From the NCBI RefSeq assembly GCF_009914755.1, contig NC_060937.1: a stretch of DNA of 64,000 nucleotides. One strand, written 5' to 3'. Positions 1 through 10,824 of the stretch are shown in pieces; position 1 is the first letter of the stretch; every line of letters starts with the position of its first letter. The notes under the pieces are model-generated. The model was not told the origin of the DNA, did not search any database, and saw only the letters and a list, made by a program, of their open reading frames with translations. This DNA is from the human T2T-CHM13v2.0 reference genome, Homo sapiens. The position numbers and the translations under genes were made by a program.

Positions 1-614
1 ATCCAGACTTTACTCTGAGCTTGAAAATGACTATGGCATTTGCGAATCTTGCACCTTTGTACCATCGAATTCATTTTCAGCAGTAGAGAGGAAGCTTTGC
101 TTTCCTGGGACCTTTGCTTTCCTGGATTTTCAAAGAATATTCCAGCAGGAGGCACAGAGGCTGGCTAGCTCTCAGCAGATTGTTCTATATTAATGGTCTT
201 AAGTATTTTTTATTCTACATAGATGAAAGATTACTTGTGTCTCAGTCAAAACCCTTCTGCCATTATAACATTTCCAAAACTCGTCTCAGTTCTTGGATGT
301 ATACAAAGAAGATAGTCTCCAAAAAGGTAGGAGGAGCAAGTTTACCAATTGTCATTTTTCTATTGTGAATTTCAAGGCCCTGTTTTAATCTGGTGAGCAT
401 TTGGTATTTCATAACATGTAACATCCACTCTGGTAAATATAAGTACATCTTGATCTCAATGTATTGGTACCAAAGACTCTTCTCTATGTCTACCATCAAT
501 AAAGCTAACATGTGCTACAATTATAAAAATCCTGTAAGTTCACTAGAGGAGAGGTAAATGTTGAAATAAATGGAGAATGTGTGTTATCAACCAGCAATCC
601 TACCTTAAAAATAT

Positions 615-1040
615 TTTTTATTATTAAATAAAGCACAGATACAGGAAGCCACACAAATGTATGGCTTAATAAGTTATTATAATTTGAACACCCTTGTAAC
701 TACCACCCAGGTTGAAAACTTGAACTTTTGTCAGTATCTTGAAAGTCCTTCCATGAGTCCCATCCTATTAACAAAATATTTTCTTATCACTAAAGTCACC
801 ACTGTACTATTTTTATAATGATTTCCTTTTTTGTTGTTAAAAAGTAGTTTTTATCATTTCCATGTGTTGCCCATTTAAAGAACATTTGTTATATTTTCTA
901 TGTCTCTCCTTTTTTATTGTGATAAAAATATAGAACATGACATCTACTCTCTTAATAAACGTTTAAGTGCATGTTATAGTATTGCTAACTGTAAGCACAG
1001 TGTTGTGCAACAGATCTCTAGAACTTTATTTTGTATAACT
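615..1040 (-). mobile_element. Old L1M (L1MB/MC-type) 3' end fragments
   Basis: Contains typical antisense L1M 3' UTR text (cccttgtaactaccacccagg; ttgtgcaacagatctctagaact). Confidence 0.6.
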
Positions 1041-1049
1041 CTTGTAACA

Positions 1050-2520
1050 TACCAGGTCTCCCTCCATCTCTTTCTTTTCCTTATGTATCTGTTGAGAATC
1101 TGGACCATTTGGCTTTCAGTTTTCCAGTCTGTATATTGCTGATTGCATACTCATGGTGACATACAAAAATGTTCCTTAGTGCTTTGTGTTTCTTCCAATT
1201 TGGCAGCTGGATTCAGAGACAAGATCAGACTCATGTTTGATTCCTTCGGCAAGACGTTAGTTGGTATTTGGCAGGGACTATAGGAGGCACTTAAGGTCTG
1301 GTTGTCTCTGTGATTTTAGCAGCTACTGTTGCTTAATGCCTATATCCATCAGTTCCTTGGAGATTAATGGTGACATTCAAAGTTTATTATTTCTCTTATT
1401 GTTTATTATGAAAGGAGGCTTCTCCCATCTGCTGTTTGATTATTTACTGGTACAGTTCATATCCAAAAGGAAGGATACCTATTTGCTTCTTTCTTTTTAT
1501 TTACTATTTTCCAAATTAATATAATCTTCCCTCATCATCCTGTAAAGCTGACAAACTTTAAAAAATCAATACAGTCCCATGGATTTAAGCATATTTGATT
1601 GGTTGCAATCCATTACAATTATTATTGAAACTCGAATTGTCTCATATTTGGCCACTGCAAACATTTTGAGGGTGGCTTCTTTCATGAACAAAATCATGTC
1701 TCCCCAATATTTATATTAAAGCTCCCAATGTGATTGTATTTAGAGATGGGGCCTTTAAACAGGTAATTAAGGTTACATGAGGCCACAAGGGTAGGACCTT
1801 AATCCAACGTGACTGTTGTCATCAGAAGAAGAGGAAGGGACACCAGAAGTCTGCATGCACAGAGAAATGGCCATGTGAGGGCACAGAGAGAAGATGGTCA
1901 GATGCAAGCCAACGAGAGACCAACCCAGTGGGCTCCCTGAATTTAAACTTCTAGCCTCCAGAACTGTGAGAAAATAAATTTCTGTTGTTTAAGCTCCAGT
2001 CTGTAGTATTTTGTCATGGTAGCCCAAGCAGACTAACACAGCTTCTGTGTTCTTTTGATATGGCCTGGTAGTTATTTGATAGCTTCTTTGCTATCTGCTA
2101 CGTAAGATGTTTTAGTCAGACTGTCATCTGACAGATTTTCTGCCCCAGAAGAATGAGTCATTTCTTCAAGAAGCGCTGATTTCTTCTTGAGGAAATGATG
2201 CTTCAATACCATAATCCAAGCATGAGGAATGCCCTTTGCTATCTGGTTAGTCGTTGTTTTGGGGTCTTTTCAGGGAGGGTAGGAATTATATACATTTTAA
2301 AGGTAAAATTCTTTATGAGTTCATGTTGGTACTTATAATTCAAATTCAAGATTACAGAGTCTTACTTAACGTCTTCTTTATCATGTCTGTATCTCCGTTT
2401 TTCCACACTAAAGATCCGGATTTTCAAGAATAGAGGATGGAATTAGAGGATAGAATTAGAACATTCCAAAATTGCTTATTTGTTTATCCCATATTAGACT
2501 CACAACAATTTCAGATGACA
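1050..2520 (-). mobile_element. L1MC4/5-like 3' region, interrupted by an MLT1A LTR
   Basis: L1MC-like text continues across the LTR (ggtggcttc...gcttctgtgttcttttga; atttcttcaagaag). Confidence 0.65.
1680..2040 (+). mobile_element. MLT1A-type MaLR solo LTR
   Basis: Contains cctccagaactgtgagaaaataaatttctgttgtttaag...gactaacaca. 5-bp TSD GCTTC at 1675-1679 and 2041-2045. Confidence 0.88.
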
Positions 2521-3387
2521 TAAAATACAGTTTTTAGTATTTATCCTGTTTTTTTTCTTCAGGGGCTTACATGATCAATATCTCACTTTGGTATTTGTTG
2601 TCACTATCTTTCAAATTCCTTCATTCTTTTTGATTTTTCAAAATTTTTATTTTTCATTTTCTGTTTCTCTTAAGGCATTACGTTTGTGTGATTGGCTCTT
2701 GTGTTCCTTCTAGTAAGGCTTCATTTAGAATTATTTTCTTTTATCTTTAATTTTTATCCTGAGTACTATCACCTCATATCTGAGTTTTAAAATTCTGACA
2801 TATGTTGTTCTTTCATGTTTTGTGTCATTGTCTTTCAGCTTGTTTTGAAATAGTATGGCTAAGTTTTTGATCTTTTTTGGAGGGAGCATATCATTCCGGC
2901 ATATTTTTTCTTGTCTGTGGGATATTATTCTTTTTCTTATTCTCTTTTTTATTATAGTAACTCTGAGTATCGACCTCAATATTTTTGTTGTTCATTTTAT
3001 ATGAAGTTAGTGTTTGTTTTTCTGAACATTTTTATTGAGACAGGCTTCAGCATAGCTTCTGTAACATTGCAGAGCTTCCTCTTCTGTTAATTTTGTGTAG
3101 TGTTTAAAAATATGGCAGCTCATTTTATGTTATTTTCTGGATTTATTTTCCTTTGCACTTTGGGCTAGACTTTCTCTATGTGTCTTGAATCCCTGTTCTG
3201 TTGAATTTTGATTTCACTTACAGCATTTCTCTTCTGTGTGTGGTTCTGTCCTGGAAAGGAGCCCTGCTGAACCTGTTTGATTGTTTACTGGGGTGGGGAC
3301 TGCTCTTGTTCCTTCTTTTCTATCATGGGTCGATAGAACACATTTAATGATTGAGGGGGCAAAATTCTCCCAGTTTCAGCTGCTGTA

Positions 3388-4414
3388 GGAGCCCCGCTTT
3401 ACTTGTAGGGGATATGTTTCAAGACCCACAGTAGATCCCCGAAGCATCAGATAGAACCAAACCCAATTGCTGTCAGTCAGAACATGTTTCTGTTCATGTC
3501 TTCCACCCACAAATTGAATGCCTTTTCCATCTTAACTAAGGACTTACGTGCTGTGGCTATAACTTTTCAGTTTGAGTTGCGATGGCAAAACTAGCACAAA
3601 TTATTTTTCCCTTCCTCACGGTTTCATGGATAGAAGATTCATTCTTATGTAGATCTTAGTAAACTCAGCATATCGTTATTTTTTCTTTTCTTAACTGACT
3701 TTCACCTTTTCACTTAAGCGAAGCACTTTGGGCAAATCCAGATTGCTAGTATTATTACTCTTGTGCTTTGGAGCCATTTTGAAGTAAAATAAAGGTTACT
3801 TGAACACATACACTGCCATACCAGGACAGTGTCCTCTTGACTACCAGGAGGGCTAGAAAGTGGCTAACTGGTGGGACGCATAGACAGCGGAGATCTCCTG
3901 GACAAAGGGGTGATCGACACCCCAGGTGGGATGAATCAGGAAGGCATGAGATTTCATTGTGCTACTCAGAACAGCAAGCAATTTAAGCCTTATCAGTTTG
4001 TTTATTTGTTTGTTTGTTTTGAGACAGAATCTTGCTCTGTCCCCCAGACTCGAGGGCAGTGGCACGATCTCGGCTCACAGCAACCTTCATCTCCCAGCTA
4101 CAAGTGATTCTCCTGCCTCAGTCTCCTGAGTAGCTGGGATTATGGGTACATGCCACCATGCCCAGCTAATTTTTGTAGTTTTAGTAGAGATGGGGTTTTG
4201 CCATGTTGGCCAGGCTGGTCTCGAACTCCTGACCTCAAGTGATCTGCTCACCTTGGCCTCCCAAAGTGCTGGGATTACAGGCATGAGCCACCATGCCCAA
4301 GCAAAATCTTATAAGATTTTTGGTTCTGGAATTTCCCATTTAATATTTTCAGACTGTGACTGTGGGGAACTGGAAGCATAGAAAGTGGAACCATGGTTAA
4401 ATGGGGAGCTACTG
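3388..4414. mobile_element. MER44 (Tigger7-derived) DNA transposon, split by an Alu
   Basis: Ends read ...ggggatatgtttcaagacccacagtagat and ...atggggagctactg. Flanking TA at 3386-3387 and 4415-4416. Confidence 0.82.
3997..4302 (-). mobile_element. AluS (Sx/Sz-like)
   Basis: Full dimeric Alu in antisense orientation with a (TTTG)n tail. Confidence 0.95.
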
Positions 4415-5369
4415 TATTCTCAAGTGGGTCGCTGTGCTTTCCTGTCACTCCTGCTCACTATTTTGGGGTTCTCCTGATCTCAGATCCTTCAGACATTCCT
4501 CTGTTGCATCTTTCTTCTACCCTGTGCCCTGCTCTGTTACTGTGAAGATCTTGTGCCTATTGCTGGTTTCTCCCCATTCTGTTTGTATTTTAAAGTTTGT
4601 GGGGATATCATGTCATCTAATTTTGTTTTTGTTTTTTGGGGGTTTGTTTTCTAGTTCCATCTGGTTTTATGTGGAGATTTGGAGATAGTGAAAACTATGC
4701 TGCCACTGCCACCATATTTCCAGAATACCTCCTGATGTTCCTATTTAACATATTGAAAATATACAGGCATGTAGATATCTGTAAATTTCTTATGCTAGAG
4801 AATGGAAAGGAAGACGTATTAACCACTACTGCTGCTTCTGGGTGAGAATTCAGAAACATCCCCACAATTCTGGTTGAAGTCTCCTTCATTGAGGCACATT
4901 ACTGTTTTATTTTTGGTTTTGTTTTAGTACTCTGTTTCTTTTGGAGTTTGATTTTACTGTTTAGAAACATGACTGTCACTCCAGAGCCTGGGTTGTGTAC
5001 TCTTGCTGTCTCATAGAATTCTAGGATCATGCCATGTTCCTCGAAGCCAGGCATTGAAATCTTCAGATACCTCTAGTTACCATGCATAATAGTATCTGGG
5101 TTCACTCTAGCTTTGTTTTCTTATGATGCCTGTTCTATTTACAATAGGAGCCTGGGCTTTATATCACCCAAACATCTTATTATGCCCTTTGTGCTGATAC
5201 TGTGAACAAAATGTAAGAGATAGCTCTTTCCCTGAGGATTTTGTTCATCTTGTCTGTCTTTTGGATTGATATAGTAACTTAGGGAACACATTTCCTGTCA
5301 ACTCTTTTCCCTTTTCACTGTGACCCAACTCTAAATTATTTAAGCTTATCTTATAGGCGATACTGATGG

Positions 5370-5640
5370 AAATGTGCCAAGGAGAGATAAGTCAATCTTT
5401 GAGGGTTTGCTGCATGCGCGCATGAGAACAGGTAGGGTAAGTGTGTCTGAGACAGAGAAGGGACCATGGAAAATGGTTCTGTGACAAGAGAGAGCTTGGT
5501 GAACACAGAGAGCTGAAATAAGGCCAGAGTGTGATGGGAAGAGTACAAAGGCCAATGTTTCCGGAGATGAGACTGGAGAGGGAGGGAGGAAAGGAAGGAT
5601 CACAACTTGGAGGCCTTCACAGGCCATGTTTAGGAATTGG
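5370..5640 (-). mobile_element. L2 fragment
   Basis: Purine-rich antisense L2-like text (ggaggccttcacaggccatgtttagga). Confidence 0.45.
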
Positions 5641-7288
5641 TCTAACACAACAGTGTTATATATTTAAATTCCAAAGAGATATTTGCTATGATCTGCTGTT
5701 ATTGTTCTTTTTATTCCTCAGCAGTCTTTCCTACACTAAATATGTTTATATACTTTAATATTTATTCGTTAGTTCTTTTCCTCAATCTCTATTATTGCTT
5801 TTCTCTGGATGCTAATTCCTCAATCCTTCAATTTAGGAATAAAGCTGAGAAGATAGCTTTTTTTTTTTTTTCAAATAATTTTACTGTTTGAAGTAGAATT
5901 TGCTCTTACGTAACTTTAGGTAAGATAAGTGAAAAACGATTGCCAAAATGTTACCTACTGTGACACTTACGAATATTTTATGCTTCTTAGCCTTTGTAAA
6001 GTGTCAAAATTCTGTCATTTGTTATTTGTCTGACTTAAACTACAGCCAAAATTGTTAGAGATTTTGGTGTCCCATGTTGATAGGAAGCTCAGAGTGGTTT
6101 CATATATTTTCAGCTGACCCAGAACCAACTTTTGGAAATTTGAGACCTGAGGCCAACTCTGTGTGGAAAAAGTAGGAAGGGCTTGAAAGGTGGTTGTTAT
6201 GTGCATGCGTCTTGTGTGTATGTCTGTGTGCATGCACCTATTTTACTGATCTAAAATTAGTTGATGAAGAACTAATGTGGAACCTGTGAAACTCACAGAG
6301 ATTAAGGGCCACAATTCTTCTTGTTATTCTAAAGTAAGGAAATAACCGTATTAGGCCATTATGTAAATAAAATTGTCCTGAGCTTTACTTATAATCTAGT
6401 AGCCTTGGAATGCCCTGGGGCTCACATCAGCTCTCTCCATCAGGGTTTCCTCTTTGGGCACTAACTCTTTGTGCTCCACATCTTTCCTCTCTGTCCTCTA
6501 GCATATCTGCTGTGCATAAAGGTGCTTGTCCTGGGTCCCTACCAGGATGAAAGTTTAGTGATACTAGCAAAGGTTTTTTTGTAACCATAACTCTTACATT
6601 TCATATATTAATAACTTTACATTTCATGCAATATACATCTTCACAGGATCCTTCTAAACATGATTGTACAACTAAAAAGTGCTTTTAAAGGAGGGGATTG
6701 TCTCTCGCCAGCTATATAGTGAGTGGAATCTTGGATGCTGAGCTTGGGCCCATGGGGGCCTTTATCTCCCAGCATGTCATTATTGCAGAGATAGCCTACT
6801 TCACAAGCAGCACGAGCCTGATGGCAGCTGAGAAATCAGGTCAAGTTTTTTGACCTTTATGTGATGTTCAAAATTCAGTTTCATTTCCCCATGAAAAGCA
6901 ATTCTTTTAGTCCACATAATTATCTATAACATATTTCTTTCAAGCAATTTTGGCTGAATTGATAAAATAAGCAAAAAACCCACAAAAAACCTTTTTCTTG
7001 ATTGAGCGCTGTACTTCATAGTAGTTAATTTGCTTTCTATTGAGTGGAGATACTTAATATTTGACCAAGAAGTTAATATAATATTTGAGCAAAGAGTTAA
7101 TGGTTTAGAATATTTTGTTTATGATTGTGTTAATGAGCAATAGATAAACTTTCTTATAGCAAGTACTCTAGCAAATCCATTCCTCACATAGTCCTTTGTG
7201 TGCAGGACTGGTCATAACGCCTGATATATAATATGTAATACTTGTTAAATGAACAGGTAATCATTCTGAAAAATGTTGTGTGTTCCAG

Positions 7289-7450
7289 GACCTGATCTTC
7301 AGGTTTGCATATCCAAAAAGCCTACATGTTGCACCAGGAAGATGGAGGAGAGATATCAGATTGCGGCTCGCCAGGATATGCAGCAGTTTCTTCAAACGTC
7401 CAGCTCTACATTAAAGTTTCTAATATCTCGAAATGCGGCTGCTTTTCAAG
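7289..7450 (+). CDS. GPC5: Glypican-5 coding exon 2 (internal exon, 162 nt, phase 1-1)
   Basis: Acceptor tgtgtgttccAG (7287-7288) and donor AG|GTAAGT (7451). The open frame (G)[53 protein letters not shown](E) has the glypican C-x5-TCC motif and matches GPC5 as I recall it. The ORF-track hit 7273..7512 overruns into both introns. Confidence 0.97.
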
Positions 7451-7871
7451 GTAAGTGGATCTTGAATTCTGCAACTAAGGACTGGCTGTGTTATGTAATT
7501 TGCCTAAGATAGTTACGTTGGCAAACTTGGCTGGGTTTATTTCCTTGTATTTACATAATATTCTGGTATAAAATGAGGTTTTAACTTTTTCTAGCCTTCA
7601 AAACTTGTTTCTGAGGTCATTGTGGGCGTATATACTGAGTTGGATTGGGGAAACTGAGTTGGACTGTTATGTTAGTGAAATGATCGTTGGAAATATATAC
7701 TGCTATAGGGTTCTTCCAGGTCTGCCAACATTCTGACTCATAGCTGTACTTTAATATGAACAGACATAATTATTAGATTTCATGGAAAAGTTCTATAACA
7801 TAAAATCTCATTGCTTTTTACTGGGTAATTATAGATTTATCTACTAAAATTTTTTTTTGGATGTCTCATAA

Positions 7872-8067
7872 TTTTATTTTATATAAAATTTTACTTTAAA
7901 TTCTGAGATACATGTGCAGAACATGCAGGTTTGTTACATAGGTATACATGTGCCATGGTGGTTTGCTGCACCCATCAGCCCGTCATCTAGGTTTTGAGCC
8001 CTGCATGCATTAGGTATTTGTCCTAATGCTCTCCCTCCCCTTGCGTCCCGACCCCGCAACAGGCCCC
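7872..8067 (-). mobile_element. L1PA (L1PA8-like) short 3' end
   Basis: gatacatgtgcagaacatgcaggtttgttacataggt...tctaggttttgagccctgcatgcattagg. Confidence 0.9.
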
Positions 8068-10137
8068 TGTTATTTGAAGAAATACTCTTTAAATTTCCTT
8101 GCTCTAATCTCATATGGTTTTCATAAGAACACCAGTGGAATATATCAAAGTGCAAGCAAGTCTGATAAATAGTAAAACAGGAAATGTTAATTGGATGTTT
8201 AAGGGTCATTTAAGACCAGAACTCAACCTTAATTCAAGCAATATGTTCAGATATAAAATTAATAGGTTATAAAATTACAAGGCACACTGAAAAATACATG
8301 ATGTTTTTCTTATTTTAGTCATCTCTTCTGTAAAATTCCTTATTACTACAATAAAATAGCTTAATTTATTTTTCTTCTTATAAAGCATTAGCTATTCTGT
8401 ATATGACTAGAATGAAAATATCTAGATTATACAGCTTTTCAAATTATTACCTTTGGTCAATGCAGAATATAACTTCTGTTAGTATTCCTTTTAAATAAGT
8501 ACATTAATGTCAATCTATTTGAATAATTTGCTTGGTGTACATATATAAGTAAATCACAGAGCTCTTTAATTTTTAAAATGATAGTTATTAAATAAAATAA
8601 ATGCAATAAATCAGAATAAAATTTAAGTTAAAGTGTAGTTCATGATGAATTAATGCTTTTTTGTAGAAAGCGTGAAATGTCAGATTTTAAGGTTTTATAA
8701 ATTTAGCTGCTTTTTTAGATGCCTTACAAAACAACTTTATTTCTATTGTAGGATTTATTCATGTGAAATTGTTGGAGGAAAATTTACTGATATACATTTT
8801 AAACCAAGATTTGTGATTTAGCTGAGTTAGAAGCCGTTAACCATCTACAGAAAATTATATTTTCTTCCAATGAAAAGGATAGTAGGTACAATATGAAATA
8901 TACATTTTGGAGGCCACGCAGTGGATATATCAGTCTGAGCAGAATGGAGTTTGTGATAGGTGGTCATATGCTTAAAAAGGTGGACGGATTCATATTGAAT
9001 CTTGGATATGTGATCAAGATAGAGCACATTACGTTCAAAGGGTTAGGAAACCTGGAATATTTAGACTTTTAAGATGGATTGAGGCTGGTGAAAAGTTTTG
9101 GTGATACTGCTAAAAGTTTAGTGATAACCATCTCAGTAGTAGAAATATATGTTAAGGAGATCGTCTCTATTGAAGTGTCAGCTAATTTTATGTAAACCTT
9201 TGTTTTCTGTTTACTAAATTTTATCTGCTTTATTCATTAGGTTGAGTTTTGCTATTTAAAAATTAATTATAAAAAGTATAGAGACATTCTTAAATATGAT
9301 TTTTTAATAATAAATTATAATTTCTTCCTTAGTAGATGTCAAGTTTTATTTAAGAAGCTCAAGGGAAGACAAATTTAAAAGAAATTTGCCTAAAGGCTAA
9401 CTTTTCTGGAACCAAATTCACTTATAAGAATACCCACTTTTATTGAATTGAATAAGTAGCTTTAGGCTTATTTCCTTAAAAACAAGCTTAAATATATATG
9501 CCAAAAGCAGTACAAGAGATCACTTTGCTGTACCATAAGTGAGCAGGCTACCTTATCATTAAGTAAAATGCCCTCCATCTAATTTCTGTGCAATTAAAAT
9601 ATCTGAAAACAATATAAAGTCTTTATAAGAAGGAAGCAGCCAACACATTTTTTTTGGGAAACGTCTACTTGAGAGAAATTTGATAGAGAAATCAATTAAC
9701 TTCTCAAATGATGTTAAGTAGATGTGCTACATTTTGATTTTTTAGTTTTCAAATAGTTCATTTATATTTCCTAGTTCAACAATATTAATCTGTTTTCCGA
9801 GTTATATTGTAGGTTATAAAAGACATTGGACTGGGATGTAGTATGGTCTCTTTCCTCATGGACCTTATGTGACCCCACGGAAACATATTTTTTAGAGCAA
9901 ACTTTTGAATACAGCCAGTGAGGATGATCACTTGGGTCTGGGGATTTAGCAGAGGGCACACTATTGTTAGATGAAGGCTGGGAGGTTAAAAATGCATGAG
10001 GGAGAGAGGAAGCCATGCTGACAGCTGTTGTTAGAAGAGACCTAAGATTATCCTATGTGAAATTCACACTGGGCTCTGTAGTCCACTGCCTATGTATATT
10101 CCATTTAGGCTAGAATTAGCCTCTAGGACAACTCTTC

Positions 10138-10443
10138 TGTTTGTTTGTTTTTTTTTTTTCCCCGAGGTGGAGTCTTGTTCTGTCACCCAGGCTAGAGTGC
10201 GGTGGCATGATCTTTGCTCACTGCAACCTCTGCCTCCCAGGTTGAAGTGATTCTCTTGCCTCAGCCTCCCGAGCAGCTGGGATTACAGATGTGTGCCACC
10301 ATGCCCAGCTAATTTTTGTATTTTTAGTAGAGACGGGGTTTCAACATGTTGACCAGGCTGGTCTTGAACTTCTGACCTCATGATCTACCCACCTCGCCCT
10401 CCCAAAGTGCTGGTATTACAGGTGTGAGCCACCATGCCCAGCC
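10138..10443 (-). mobile_element. AluS
   Basis: Full dimeric Alu in antisense orientation. Confidence 0.95.
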
Positions 10444-10482
10444 CACATTTTCTTAAAATGAACAAAACAGACAAAAATCTGC

Positions 10483-10824
<342 letters not shown>

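Larger units (their letters stand above)
2600..4730 (-). mobile_element. Ancient L1M/HAL1-like element, host of MER44
   Basis: T-rich degenerate sequence that rejoins across the MER44 insertion. Family assignment is uncertain. Confidence 0.4.
1..7288 (+). other. GPC5: GPC5 intron 1, 3' part
   Basis: Lies upstream of the exon 2 acceptor. No signal-peptide exon or CpG island occurs in the window. Confidence 0.88.

Noticed and set aside
7273-7512. 79-aa ORF as a stand-alone gene
   Set aside because: Only 7289-7450 is glypican-like and splice-bounded. The flanks are intronic read-through.
7634-7663. 11-bp direct repeat actgagttgga downstream of exon 2, and similar 10-14 bp tandem duplications near 39833 and 56128
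   Set aside because: These are ordinary slippage-scale duplications with no evidence of function.
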